Shown here in pieces: positions 27,777-39,400 of a stretch of DNA of 64,000 nt. The position numbers and the translations under genes are program-made. Positions within the stretch are counted from its first letter, which is position 1, and the number at the start of each line of letters is the position of its first letter. The notes under the pieces are model-generated. The model searched no databases. It was not told where the DNA came from and worked only from the letters and a program-made list of their open reading frames with translations. Source of the stretch: an uncultured virus (IMG/VR IMGVR_UViG_3300047458_000106). Lineage: Duplodnaviria; Heunggongvirae; Uroviricota; Caudoviricetes. Location of the stretch: IMG/VR virus record IMGVR_UViG_3300047458_000106; one strand, written 5' to 3'.

Positions 27777-28477
27777 TTTATGCAAATGAATATGGCACAG
27801 TAGACTTGTTATCAGAACAATTTTTACAATCATTAAAAAGTGATAAAGGCACTATTGGTGTAAAACTATCAGGTGGTGCTGACACGGCATTATTGTTACA
27901 TTTACTTGCAAAAGAAATATCAGAAAGAAATTTAAACTTTAGTATTGTACCATACACTTTTAATGATAAACCAGATAGATTTATTGTTGCTCAAAACATT
28001 ATTCACGAAGTTGCAAAAACGTTTCCAAAAGTTAAGTTTGAAAAACACCAGTATGATGAAATATCACCACCATATAGAAAAGTATTTGATAAATGGGCAC
28101 TTAAATTAACAAGACAATATGACATTGTTTTCTTTACAAATGGTGTAAATTTACCAGCACCAGAAGAAGCAATCACTATAAACAAAGAGTTAGCAAAGTT
28201 TGTTGGAACACGAGAAGCACCAAGAAACTATGATACTCAAGACTTAGAACGAATTGGAATACAAGACATACCAGAGTATTCACCATTCAAAGATGTTGAT
28301 AAAAGATTTACTGCTCAATTATATGAGGATGAATTTTTGCTAGAGACATTGTTTCCATTGACTAGGTCATGTTTAGGAAGTGCAGAAGTTACTGACTATC
28401 ATGAGAAACCATGCAAGATATGTTACTGGTGTGAAGAAAAATATTGGGCATTTGGTCAATACGATGCAATAGGGTAA
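27773..28477 (+). CDS. PP-loop (QueC-like) adenine nucleotide alpha-hydrolase family protein
   Basis: LSGGADTALL; TRSC...PCKICYWCEEKYWAF Cys cluster. Confidence 0.65.
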   Translation: MIYANEYGTVDLLSEQFLQSLKSDKGTIGVKLSGGADTALLLHLLAKEISERNLNFSIVPYTFNDKPDRFIVAQNIIHEVAKTFPKVKFEKHQYDEISPPYRKVFDKWALKLTRQYDIVFFTNGVNLPAPEEAITINKELAKFVGTREAPRNYDTQDLERIGIQDIPEYSPFKDVDKRFTAQLYEDEFLLETLFPLTRSCLGSAEVTDYHEKPCKICYWCEEKYWAFGQYDAIG

Positions 28478-28481
28478 TTAA

Positions 28482-29975
28482 ATGACAACTAAAAAAGATA
28501 ATTTTAAATTAAGAACTCAAAAACTAGGCACTGGTTTAGAAGAAAGTCTTGGAGTACCACAGAAAGGTTTTCAAGACCCAACTGGTGAGTTTCCAAAAAG
28601 AGAATACAATTTTGGGTCATCAATAAATCATGCGGCAAGAGGAATTAAAATCAATAATCTCTATACGAGTGGTGGAGATATTGGTGTATCACTTAACATT
28701 GCAGACCAAAGACCTTCAGAGTTTCCTTTTAATCAAGTAGACGAGACTACATCTGGTCATGTTGTTGAATACGATGACACACCAGGTGGTGAAAGAATTT
28801 TAATTAAACATCGAACTGGCGCTGGTGTGGAAATGAGAGCAGACGGGAGTGTTGTCGTTTCTTCAACAAATAACAGAATCGAAGTCACAGGTGGTGACCA
28901 AACAACTATAGTCGAAGGTGCTGGTAATCTAGTCTACAAAGGTAATCTTAATTTAGTAGTCACAGGTGACTATAACGTTGATGTTGGTGGTAATTATAAT
29001 GTACAAGTTGCTGGTAATATGATTGAAGGTATTTCGGAGAATCATCGTACTTTTGTTACAAAAAACTCAGAGTATGTCACAAAAGGTACTAAATCCACTA
29101 AGACTATTGGTAATCATACTGACATTATGTTAGCAGATAATCATCAATATGTCAAGGGTAATCAAAACAATTGGGTACAGGGTGACATTGAAATCGCAAC
29201 AGAACAAGATATGTTTGTATCTGCAAAATCTTCACTAGCAATGACAAGTGAAGTCTTTAATGCGACAGGTGTTAAACAAGTATCAATCTTTGGTATGAAA
29301 GGTTCTATTGGTGGTAAACAAGTTGACTTTACAGGTCAAGTATTTCAGGGTAATGAAGGTCCAGCACCATTTACTAGTGGTGCCGCATTCTATGGTTCGT
29401 TTCATGGTCAAGCAACTGAGGCGATGTTCTCAAGAACTGCATGGACGGCAGAAAAATCTAAGTTTGCAGAAACTTCTGGTGTAACAGAATCGCAAAACTA
29501 TGCAGAAAATGTAACAAGTAGTGGAGGTAGTGTCCCACCTGGTGGTGCACCAGAAATTGTTCTGAATCAAGAAATCAAAACACCAATTGGACCACCACCA
29601 ATTCCAAGTATTGTTGCCGCATACGGTAGTATGGGTGATTTTGCAATACGTGACGTAGTAATCGATGAAGGTGATAAACTAAAAAACAGATTAGACTTAT
29701 CAGATGACTATAAAGGTATTTTTGATAAACACCCAACAACACAAGAAATACGTTCAAGATTGAGAGGCACTCTTAGAGAAAGATTAACTAGAAGAGGTAC
29801 TAGAGAAAACTTACTTGGACAATTAATCGCAGAAGGACGAGTAAGTGATACTGCATATAGAACAACACCAGATAAAATAGGTAGAACTGTTGGTAAAGAA
29901 CCAACTTCTAGATTTGGTTATACACCAATTGGTAATGCAATAGAGAATAGAGGTAAGAGGTTTACACCAAAATGA
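28482..29975 (+). CDS. gp5 C-terminal beta-helix spike portion
   Basis: FQDPTGEFP, TTSGHVVEYDDTPGGERILIKHRTG, VxGN/GD repeats. Confidence 0.82.
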   Translation: MTTKKDNFKLRTQKLGTGLEESLGVPQKGFQDPTGEFPKREYNFGSSINHAARGIKINNLYTSGGDIGVSLNIADQRPSEFPFNQVDETTSGHVVEYDDTPGGERILIKHRTGAGVEMRADGSVVVSSTNNRIEVTGGDQTTIVEGAGNLVYKGNLNLVVTGDYNVDVGGNYNVQVAGNMIEGISENHRTFVTKNSEYVTKGTKSTKTIGNHTDIMLADNHQYVKGNQNNWVQGDIEIATEQDMFVSAKSSLAMTSEVFNATGVKQVSIFGMKGSIGGKQVDFTGQVFQGNEGPAPFTSGAAFYGSFHGQATEAMFSRTAWTAEKSKFAETSGVTESQNYAENVTSSGGSVPPGGAPEIVLNQEIKTPIGPPPIPSIVAAYGSMGDFAIRDVVIDEGDKLKNRLDLSDDYKGIFDKHPTTQEIRSRLRGTLRERLTRRGTRENLLGQLIAEGRVSDTAYRTTPDKIGRTVGKEPTSRFGYTPIGNAIENRGKRFTPK

Positions 29976-30571
29976 TAGTAGTAGTTGACCCAGTATTTAA
30001 TCCTAACGGAGTAGACAATGTTAGTTCTGCAACTAAACTAGGACCAGGAGTAACAATTGCTAAGTTTCTTGGTGCATATGGAGATAGAACTGCATTTAAT
30101 CATGTCGGTAGCAATGATGAAAGAAAACAAATTGCAAGACAATTGTATTTACAAGCAGAAATGATGCGAGTAATTCAAGGTAATACTGAACTATTTAATG
30201 ATGTTCGTTTAATCGTAAGTGAAGGTATCTATCGTGCAGGTCCATCAGAAACACTTGTTGACGATACTCTTGCAAAAAGTAAAGGTGAATTGGTATACTA
30301 TCAAGTGATTGGTAAAGATGGAATAATAGATTTTGAAAAAACATTTGACATAGCAGAATATTGGAAAGATTATACAAACTATGATGAATTACGTTTAGAT
30401 TACGATACTTATAATCCAGATGGAACTCTTACTGCATCAATAGGTGTATTGATGCCAGTAGTAGACCAAACGTTTGAAGTAAACTTTAAAAATGATGTAA
30501 AAACGTTTTTTAACAATTCATTACAGTCTAGAGACGAATTAGTAGAAATAAAACAAGAATTTCTAACATAA
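29972..30571 (+). CDS. Hypothetical baseplate-region protein
   Basis: ORF overlapping the gp5C stop. Confidence 0.65.
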   Translation: MIVVVDPVFNPNGVDNVSSATKLGPGVTIAKFLGAYGDRTAFNHVGSNDERKQIARQLYLQAEMMRVIQGNTELFNDVRLIVSEGIYRAGPSETLVDDTLAKSKGELVYYQVIGKDGIIDFEKTFDIAEYWKDYTNYDELRLDYDTYNPDGTLTASIGVLMPVVDQTFEVNFKNDVKTFFNNSLQSRDELVEIKQEFLT

Positions 30572-30596
30572 GTTATTAAAAATTAAACAAGATTAG

Positions 30597-30604
30597 TATA
30601 AATA
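30597..30604 (+). promoter_or_regulatory. Late promoter 5 nt upstream of the gp25 ATG
   Basis: TATAAATA-GACAT-ATG. Confidence 0.75.
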
Positions 30605-30609
30605 GACAT

Positions 30610-31062
30610 ATGGCAACAAGAAGAGCATACTCTAGAGAAGACCAGGGTGATTTAAACACCACTAGTATTGCTACGAGTAGGAATGTTGACTTTAAAGATA
30701 TTGATTTATCTTTTAAAGTAACAACAACTTCTGGTGATATATTTAAAAAACAATCAACTGCCGCAGTAAAACAAGCAATCAAAACTTTATTACTTACAAA
30801 TAGATTAGAAAAACCTTTTCTTGCAACTTTTGGAGGAGACTTACAAGGTCAACTATTCGAATTAGCAGACAGAGACGGTTCTACTATTATTCGCAATAAC
30901 ATTATAGCAACAATTGAAAGATTTGAACCAAGAGTTAAAGTTTTGAATGTTATAGTTGCTCTAGAACCAGATAGAAATAGATTGGGTGTGACAGTAGAAT
31001 TTAAAGTAATTAATACACAAGAAACAGTTGTTTTCGAAACAACAATAAACAGGTTAAGATAA
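30610..31062 (+). CDS. gp25: Baseplate wedge gp25
   Basis: FKDIDLSF, AVKQAIKTLLLT...EKPF...FG, FEPRV. Confidence 0.92.
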   Translation: MATRRAYSREDQGDLNTTSIATSRNVDFKDIDLSFKVTTTSGDIFKKQSTAAVKQAIKTLLLTNRLEKPFLATFGGDLQGQLFELADRDGSTIIRNNIIATIERFEPRVKVLNVIVALEPDRNRLGVTVEFKVINTQETVVFETTINRLR

Positions 31063-31063
31063 C

Positions 31064-32911
31064 ATGGGACAAACAACAATTAAATCAACTGCATTAGACT
31101 TTACTGCAATAAAAAATAATTTAAAAGTCTTTCTTTCACAACAAGACGAATTTACAGATTATAACTTTGAAGCATCTGGTTTGTCAAGTGTTTTAGATGT
31201 TCTTGCATACAATACACACTATAATGGACTAATTGCCAACTTTGCACTAAATGAATCATATTTAGGAACTGCTCAACTTCGTAGTTCACTTGTATCACTT
31301 GCAGAAGGTATTGGTTATATACCAGATTCAATGAATGCATCACAAGGTATTGTTAATTTATCTTTAAATTTAGAAAGTTTGACAAACAGACCAACTACAG
31401 TTTCATTGGCGAGTGGTGTGAAATTTAATGCAGTAGTAGATGGTACAACATATGTTTTTCAAACTCAAGAAGAAATAGTTGCAACAGATGACGGTGCTGG
31501 TAGTTACTCATTTACAACTGCAGACAATGTTGCGGATATAAAAATCTTTGAAGGTACATCAACAACAAAAACATTTAATATCACGGCGCAAACAGAAAAT
31601 GCCGCATATATTATTCCAGACCAAACTATTGATATTGATACTGCTATTGTTCGAAGTTTTGAAACTCCATCAAGTTCTTCGTTTACAACATTTACTGATT
31701 TAAGAAAAGCAACATCGTTAACATCTAACTCAACAGTTTATATATTAAAAGAAACACCTAAAGGTGACTATGAAATTACTTTTGGTAACAAAACAGTTCT
31801 TGGTAGGTCACCTGTTGCTGGTAACAAAGTTACAGTTGAATACTTATCTGTTGCTGGTGCAGATGCAAATGGTGCCAAAGTATTTACACCTCAAAGTCAA
31901 GTGACAGTAAACAATGAGAATTTTGCACTACAAGTATCAACAGTATCTAATTCATTCGGTGGTTCTGAAAAAGAAACAGAAGAATCTATCAGAACGACTG
32001 CACCATTTCAATATGCAACTCAAAATAGAGCAGTTACCGCAGAAGATTATGCAACTCTAGTACAAAGAAACTTTGGTTCATTATTAAATGATATTTCATC
32101 ATTTGGTGGTGAAGATGCACTTGAACCAGAATTTGGCGTAATATTTTTGTCATTGCTGTTTAGTAGTGCAATAGAAAATGATACTGTCTCAGGTGAAGCA
32201 ATCAAACAAGCAACAAAAGACAGTATTGTAAGTTTATTTAAAGATTTATCTGTTGCATCTTTTGATATAAAATATACTGACCCAGTTATTTCATTTATTG
32301 AAACAAACGTTTTCTTTCAATTTAACCCGAACTTAACAACTCTTACAGAAAACACAATTAAAAATAATGTACAAAGTACAGTATCACAATACTTTGCAGA
32401 TAACACTGGTAAATTTAAACAATCATTTAGACGAAGTAATCTATTAACATTAATTGATGCAGTAAGTCCTGCTATTCTATCATCTAGAATGGATGTAAAA
32501 ATGCAAAGACGATTTACACCAACATTAACTGCAATTCAAAACCATACATTAAGATATCCACAAAGTATTGCACGAGCAGATGATGAAAACTTTAGAGTAA
32601 CTTCAACACCTTTTACTTTTAATGGTAAGACATGTATTATTAGAAATCGATTAAGTTCAAATATACTTGAGGTATTTGACACAGTAAATACAGAAGTTGA
32701 AGTAGATAATGTTGGTTCTTATGCAGAAGATATTGTCTCAATCGTAGGTTTGCAAATAGATGCAATACCTAGTGGTGATTCATTTATAAAAGTTTCTGTA
32801 GTGCCAGATAATCAATCATTTGTTACGCCTTTAAGACAAGATGTGCTTAATCATGACATAGGTAAATCACTTGTAGAAGTAGTAGAAGTAGATACAAACG
32901 TATTAAACTAA
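31064..32911 (+). CDS. gp6: Baseplate wedge gp6
   Basis: LDFTAIKNNL, DYNFEASGLSSVLDVLAYNTHYN, QNRAVTAEDY. Confidence 0.95.
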   Translation: MGQTTIKSTALDFTAIKNNLKVFLSQQDEFTDYNFEASGLSSVLDVLAYNTHYNGLIANFALNESYLGTAQLRSSLVSLAEGIGYIPDSMNASQGIVNLSLNLESLTNRPTTVSLASGVKFNAVVDGTTYVFQTQEEIVATDDGAGSYSFTTADNVADIKIFEGTSTTKTFNITAQTENAAYIIPDQTIDIDTAIVRSFETPSSSSFTTFTDLRKATSLTSNSTVYILKETPKGDYEITFGNKTVLGRSPVAGNKVTVEYLSVAGADANGAKVFTPQSQVTVNNENFALQVSTVSNSFGGSEKETEESIRTTAPFQYATQNRAVTAEDYATLVQRNFGSLLNDISSFGGEDALEPEFGVIFLSLLFSSAIENDTVSGEAIKQATKDSIVSLFKDLSVASFDIKYTDPVISFIETNVFFQFNPNLTTLTENTIKNNVQSTVSQYFADNTGKFKQSFRRSNLLTLIDAVSPAILSSRMDVKMQRRFTPTLTAIQNHTLRYPQSIARADDENFRVTSTPFTFNGKTCIIRNRLSSNILEVFDTVNTEVEVDNVGSYAEDIVSIVGLQIDAIPSGDSFIKVSVVPDNQSFVTPLRQDVLNHDIGKSLVEVVEVDTNVLN

Positions 32912-32912
32912 G

Positions 32913-33950
32913 ATGACACATAAAGTAGACGATACACTAAGAGACGATGGTAGAAGAGAAATATCTCAAGTTACTGGACGAGAGGTTGATAAAGTTGTTC
33001 CAGAACATTTTAAAACAGACTATCCAAAGTTAGTCTCGTTTTTAGAACAATACTATCATTTTGAAGATAGTGATGGTTCACCAAGTAGATTAGTAAATGA
33101 TTTATTTTACACAAGAGATATTAATCAGGTAGATGAATCTTTATTAACTTATATTGAAGACGAGTTATTATTAGGACAATCTTACTTTGAAGGATTTGCA
33201 GATAAAAGAACTGCCGCAAAATTTTCTAATAACTTGTATCGTGCAAAAGGTACAAAGTTTTCAATCGAACAATTTTTTCGTATGTTCTTTGAAGTTGATA
33301 TAGACTTAGAATATACAAAAGAACAAGTTTTTAGAGTTGGTGTAGCAGGTCATGATATTGGTGCAGAATCAAGAAAATTTATCACAAATGCTGAATTGTT
33401 TCAACAGTTCGCATTACGTATTACAAGTGAATTACCATTTAAAAGATGGCAAAGACCATACAAATTATTTGTTCACCCTGCAGGAATGTTTGTCGGGTCT
33501 GCGGTAAGATTAGAAGGAGTCGTACAGAATGACATACTTGCACCAATTAGTTTTGTTGACTCAGACTTAGGACAGATTGATGTGGTAGGTGCAACTGCAT
33601 TTGGTTTTGATGAAGTAACACAATTTTTACCTGAGGTAACTGGTATCGCAAGAGATAGTGGAGATAGTGACGGTATATTTAAAAGAGTTATTATTGATGA
33701 TGGTTTACTTACATCTATTGGTAGCACAAGTATTGTTGATATTCAAAAACAATATGAAACACTACGTGCCGCAGAATTAAGAACATCACCAACATTTGAT
33801 GCAGATTCTACTGGTCTTGCGAATAGTGTAAACATAGACTTTAGTAATGCATTTACTTCTGAAACTATGGACCAAGATAGATTTGAGTTTTTTAGTGCAG
33901 ATAGTGATGTATATTATTCAAAATTAAGTAATCCTGCACACATAAGTTAG
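32913..33950 (+). CDS. gp7: Baseplate wedge gp7-like (short)
   Basis: FLEQYY, YRAKGT...FFRMFF, VHPAGM. Confidence 0.75.
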   Translation: MTHKVDDTLRDDGRREISQVTGREVDKVVPEHFKTDYPKLVSFLEQYYHFEDSDGSPSRLVNDLFYTRDINQVDESLLTYIEDELLLGQSYFEGFADKRTAAKFSNNLYRAKGTKFSIEQFFRMFFEVDIDLEYTKEQVFRVGVAGHDIGAESRKFITNAELFQQFALRITSELPFKRWQRPYKLFVHPAGMFVGSAVRLEGVVQNDILAPISFVDSDLGQIDVVGATAFGFDEVTQFLPEVTGIARDSGDSDGIFKRVIIDDGLLTSIGSTSIVDIQKQYETLRAAELRTSPTFDADSTGLANSVNIDFSNAFTSETMDQDRFEFFSADSDVYYSKLSNPAHIS

Positions 33951-33960
33951 GAATAATTTG

Positions 33961-33968
33961 TATAAATA
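33961..33968 (+). promoter_or_regulatory. Late promoter
   Basis: Intergenic TATAAATA. Confidence 0.75.
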
Positions 33969-33989
33969 GAGACATAGGAAAAAGAAATT

Positions 33990-34994
33990 ATGGCAAAATT
34001 AGTAATCGCAAATGGAACGACTGCAAACGATGGTACGGGTGATACTCTTCGTTCTGCCGCTACCAAGATAAATTCAAACTTTTCTGAGATTTATACAATC
34101 TTAGGTGGTGATTCAACTGCATTAACTTCTAAAATTACATTTGGTGATGGCACAATCATCTTTGAAGGTACAACTGCAGATGCAAATGAAACTACAATAA
34201 TAGCAGACGACCCTGGCGCTGACAGACAAATAGTATTTCCAAATGCTAGTGGTCATGTATTACTAGATTCAAGTACTGCTACATTAACAAACAAAACACT
34301 TACAAGTCCTGTTTTAACAACACCACAAATTAATGATACAAGTGCGAATCACCAGTATGTTGTTGGAGTATCAGAATTGGCCGCAGACAGAACAATTACA
34401 TTACCTTTACTAACTGGTGATGATGAAGTGACATTTAATGCACATACACAAACACTAACCAATAAGTCACTTACAACACCAACATTAAATGCTTCCACAG
34501 TAACAGGATTAAGCGGAGCGGGTGTATTTAATGATTCTGCAGGTAACGAAGCATTGGTTTTAACAAAGACTTCAAGTGCAGTAAACCACATAGGTATTAA
34601 AAATAATGCAACTAATAATGGTCCTATTGTTGAAGCACTTGGTACAGATACAAATATTGATGTTCAATTAACTGCAAAAGGTACAGGTGGTGTTAAATTA
34701 AATAGTCCACAAATATTAACTCAAGAAACTAAAAGTACTACTGGTGCAATATCAAATACAGTTCCATTTACAGAATTTACATCGGGAACTGCTAAAGCAA
34801 ATTCATTGGCAGATGGTGCCTCAGTCGGACAAATGAAAACACTTGTAGTTTCAGGAGCAGGTACAGTAACACTTACACCTGCAAACTTTGGACCAGGAAC
34901 AACATTAACATTAGAACAAAACGAATCTGCAGTTTTAATCTGGGAAGGTACAAACTGGCAAATACTTAGCACATATGGTGGCGCAGTAGCATAA
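33990..34994 (+). CDS. Baseplate/fibre protein with a gp9/gp10-type N-terminus
   Basis: GTTANDGTGDTLRSAATKINSNFSEIY; TLTNKTLT repeats. Confidence 0.75.
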   Translation: MAKLVIANGTTANDGTGDTLRSAATKINSNFSEIYTILGGDSTALTSKITFGDGTIIFEGTTADANETTIIADDPGADRQIVFPNASGHVLLDSSTATLTNKTLTSPVLTTPQINDTSANHQYVVGVSELAADRTITLPLLTGDDEVTFNAHTQTLTNKSLTTPTLNASTVTGLSGAGVFNDSAGNEALVLTKTSSAVNHIGIKNNATNNGPIVEALGTDTNIDVQLTAKGTGGVKLNSPQILTQETKSTTGAISNTVPFTEFTSGTAKANSLADGASVGQMKTLVVSGAGTVTLTPANFGPGTTLTLEQNESAVLIWEGTNWQILSTYGGAVA

Positions 34995-35006
34995 GGAGAA
35001 TAAAAA

Positions 35007-36473
35007 ATGGTAGCAATAGTAACAGACCCGCTAAAACAATTAGTTGCGGATTTGATTAAAATAAACGATAGTGATGCAAATAATAATTACTATGCGGCGA
35101 TTGGTCGTTCTGAACAGTGGAATACGACAGATACACCACCAACTCCACTAAGAAATTTAGCGGACGAAATAAAGTTTAGAAATTCTATGCAATCAGTAAA
35201 ATTAATTGGTGATGTTTCAAGAGTTGTTCCTAGAGCAAACTGGACATCTGGTTCAGTATACGATGCATACGATGATGCATCAATAGGATATCCAACAAAT
35301 ACTTATTACGTACTAAACAATAATCAACAAGTATACATGTGTCTTCGTCAAGGTAAAAGTGCGACTGGTGTAGTGCAAGTATCAACAGTAGAACCTAGTG
35401 GTGGTACAAATGGTACTCCATTTAGAGGAACTGATGGATATGTATGGAAGTTTTTGTATTCAATTAGTTCATTAGATGCAAGTAAGTTTCAATCTGCAAA
35501 CTTTATACCTGTAAAATTAGTTGAAGGAATAGATACAAACTCTCCTGTTTCTGACCAAGAACAAAAAGGTGTGCAAGATGCGGCGATTAAAGGTCAAGTT
35601 GTAGGTTATGATATTATTACACCGGGTAATTACACTAGTACACCAACATTAACAATTGAAGGTGATGGTACTGGCGCACAAGCAACTGCGGTTTTGAGTA
35701 ACAATCAAATTGTTGATGTAAAAGTTACAGATAGTTCAGACAACACTTTTAAACTTGCAAACATGGGACAAAATTATAACTATGCAAGTGTTAAAATTAC
35801 TGGTGGTGGTACTGTATCTGCAAAAGCACAGATTAGACCAATACTTTCACCTCCATTGGGACTTGGACATGACCCAACAGACGATTTAAAATCATCATCA
35901 TTGATGTTTAATGCTAAACCGACAGGTGAAGAAAGTCTTGACTTTATTATTGGACAAGATTTTAGACAAGTAGGATTATTAAAGAATCCAAAAGTTGATT
36001 CATCAGGAAATGTATTTAGACAGTTAATGGTTCAAGGTAGACATTATTCTGGTGATTCAGATTCTGGTGGTGGTACACTCTTTACTGCATCTACAGGTAG
36101 AGCAGTAAGAGGATTACAGTTAGCATCGCTTTCTAATAATTTTACAGAAGATAAAACAATTGTTGGTGGCACATCAGGCGCAAGAGCAATCGTAGATAAA
36201 GATTCGGGTTCAGGTAGTGGAACTGCATTGTTCTATCATCAAAATGACTCAACAGGATTTGCAAACTTTATTGCTGGTGAGGCATTAACAGAATCAGATG
36301 GAACAGGTGGCGGTAACATAGAAGCATCATCTGGATATGATAGTGGTACTGCCGCATTTATAAAAGCAGAAGTGAATCCATTTACTGGTGATTTACTGTA
36401 TATTGATAATCGTGCGGCGATTACAAGGTCTGCAGAACAAACAGAAGATATTAAAATCGTAATACAGGTATAA
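35007..36473 (+). CDS. gp8: Baseplate wedge gp8
   Basis: VVPRANWTSG, VYMCL, DGYVWKFLY, FRQVGLLKNP, YIDNRAAITRS..QTEDIKIV. Confidence 0.9.
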   Translation: MVAIVTDPLKQLVADLIKINDSDANNNYYAAIGRSEQWNTTDTPPTPLRNLADEIKFRNSMQSVKLIGDVSRVVPRANWTSGSVYDAYDDASIGYPTNTYYVLNNNQQVYMCLRQGKSATGVVQVSTVEPSGGTNGTPFRGTDGYVWKFLYSISSLDASKFQSANFIPVKLVEGIDTNSPVSDQEQKGVQDAAIKGQVVGYDIITPGNYTSTPTLTIEGDGTGAQATAVLSNNQIVDVKVTDSSDNTFKLANMGQNYNYASVKITGGGTVSAKAQIRPILSPPLGLGHDPTDDLKSSSLMFNAKPTGEESLDFIIGQDFRQVGLLKNPKVDSSGNVFRQLMVQGRHYSGDSDSGGGTLFTASTGRAVRGLQLASLSNNFTEDKTIVGGTSGARAIVDKDSGSGSGTALFYHQNDSTGFANFIAGEALTESDGTGGGNIEASSGYDSGTAAFIKAEVNPFTGDLLYIDNRAAITRSAEQTEDIKIVIQV

Positions 36474-36477
36474 TACT

Positions 36478-39400
36478 ATGGCAACAACATTTACTAAAAA
36501 TACATTCGGAGTTACCTATAAAGATGACTTCGCAGATAGTGATAATTATCATAGAATATTATTCAATTCTGGTAGGGCAGTCCAAGCAAGAGAACTTACA
36601 CAAGCACAAACTATAACTCAAGAAGAACTTGCAAGACTTGGTAGACATGTATTTAAAGATGGTGCCGCAGTTAACCCTGGTGGTCCAACAATTGATAACT
36701 CATATGAATTTGTTAAATTATCAAGCACTATTACAGATGACCAAGTTACTTCACTTGTTGGATTAGAATTTACTGGTGCTACATCAAGTATTAAAGCACG
36801 AGTTGTTCGAGTTGCACAAGCAGTTACAGACACTTCTTTAGCAGAATTATCTGCAAGTGTATCGGCAACTGGTGACCCTGCAACTCTTTTTGTGCAATAT
36901 ACCGAAAGTCCTAGTAATTTATCAGGTACTACACCTGTAAGATTTACTCCAGGAGAAAACATTACTTCTGGTGCAACAACTCTAACAGTTCAGTCAACAA
37001 ACACTACTGCTAACCCGTCAACAGGACAAGGTACATTAGTCAGTAATGGTGCTGGTGATTTCTTTGTAAGAGGACATTTTGTTTTTGCTAAAAACCAATC
37101 TATTTTATTAAGAAAGTATTCTAAGTTTCCAACAGAAGTAGTTGGTTTTGTAGTTACAGAAGATATAGTCACGTTTGCAGACGATGCCGCATTGTATGAT
37201 AATCAAGGTGCAGTACCAAATACCACTGCCCCAGGTGCAGACCGATATAGAATTAATTTAACACTTACAAGAAGTTCAGATGTTACAGGAACACAAAACT
37301 TTGTTTTCTATTGTGACGTAGTTGCTGGTGAGATAGTAGAACAAGTAACAGGTACAGATGACTATAATAAAATAGGTGATGTTCTTGCTTTGAGAACAAG
37401 AGAAGAGTCAGGTAATTACATTGTTAATCCATTTAGATTGAGTTTAGAAGCAGATTCGGCAGGAGCATCTACAAATTTAATTGCAAACGTATCTTCAGGA
37501 ACTGCATACATAAATGGATATCGTTGCAATAAAGAAAAACCAACAAAACTTGTTGTACCAAAACCAAGAACAACAACTACAATTAATAATGAAACTGTTG
37601 GTGTAAATTATGGTTCATTTGTTACTTGTGATACTATTGAAGGTCTTATTCCTGTTGATGGTTCACGAGTAAATTTATCAACATCAACAACTAATCCAGG
37701 TGCTAGTATTATTGGTACCGTAAGAGTTCGTTCAATAACAAAAGATGGTGCTAATTTCAGAGCATATCTTTACGATATAAAAATGAACTCTGGAGAAAAC
37801 TTTAGAAGCACAAGAACAATTGGTACAGGCACGACAGACTTTTTGAAAATATTACTGACAGGTTCTCAAGCAGTATTAAAAGAAGGTAATAATAGTGCAA
37901 TAGTATTCCCTACACCTAGAGTAAGGCCAAAAACTTTATCTGATATTAACTTTGAGGTACAGAGAGTCTTCGCTGGTACAGTAAGTTCAGGAACTGTTAC
38001 GTTAACTGCATTAAGTGGAGAGACTTTTGTAAATACTGCTGATTGGATTGTTACTACAGATTCAAGTGGTGACAGAGTTGCTAATCCAACTTTTGGGTCA
38101 GTAGGGTCACAGTCATTAACTATTTCTGCATTGCCAGATGGAGCACACACAATTTATGCAAAAGTAAACAAAAGCAATGGTTCATCAAGAACAAAAACAC
38201 TTGCAGAATCAACTGTCACTAGAGCGCCTATTACAAATGGTATTGCTGATGGAACTGCAGGACAATTAGTTTATGTAAAACTAGACCACCCAGACATTTA
38301 CACAATTGAAGAAATAAAAGATGGTAGTTCAAGTGGTGCTGATATAAGTGCAAACTTTGATTTAGATAATGGACAAAGACCAGCATTTTATCAAACTGGT
38401 AGAATTATTTTAAAATCAAGTGCAACTGCACCAAGTGGTAATGTTTATGTTAAATACAAACACTTTACACATGGTGCAACAGGTGACTTCTTCTCAGTAA
38501 ATTCATATACTGGTCAAGTAGAATATGAAGACATTCCTGATTACAGACCAGACCAAAGAACAATTGTAAATTTAAGAGACGTAGTTGACTTTAGAGGTAT
38601 AAAAGCATCTGATAGTGGTTCGTCTGCAGGTGCATTTACTCATACTCACGATTTACCTTCAACAGGTGACATTGTAAATACAGATATTGAATACTATTTA
38701 CCAAGAGCAGATAGAGTTGTTGCAAGTACTGATGGAACATTACAACTTATTTCGGGTCAGGCAGGTTTTGCTAGACAACTGCCACCTGTACCTGAAAATA
38801 CTTTAAATTTATTTGAAGTAAATATGAATGGTTATGGTATATCAGATTCAGATGCTAGTGTAAAAACACTTAAGTATAAAAGATTTAGAATGCAAGACAT
38901 TGCTAGACTTGAAGAAAGAATTGATGGATTAGAAGAAACAACTGCACTATCATTTTTAGAAGCACAAACAGAAAACTTATTAATTACTGATTCTGGTGGT
39001 ACTGCCAGAACTAAGTCTGGTTTCTTAGTAGATAACTTTAACGATAGAGGTTTATCTGATGCTCAAGACCCAGATTATCGTGCATCTGTTGACCCTAGTA
39101 CAAACACTTTACACCCACACGTTTCAACACAAAACATACCTTTAATATATGATTCTGGTAAATCTACAAATACTATATTAAAGGGTGATAATGTTTACTT
39201 GACACATACGGAAACTGATGCTATAGTACAAACACAAATTTCTGGCACAGAAAATATTAACCCATTTGCAGTAATAAGTAATGAAGGTCAAATCAGACTT
39301 TCTCCTGCATCTGATACATGGACAGATACTAAATATGACCCTGCAAAAGTTGTTAATCAAGAAGCAACTATTGACATTGGTGATGTTAATGGTCAAGGAA

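Noticed and set aside
27773..28477. Calling this gene queC and inferring 7-deazaguanine DNA modification
   Set aside because: Only the PP-loop and Cys cluster match, and no partner genes are visible
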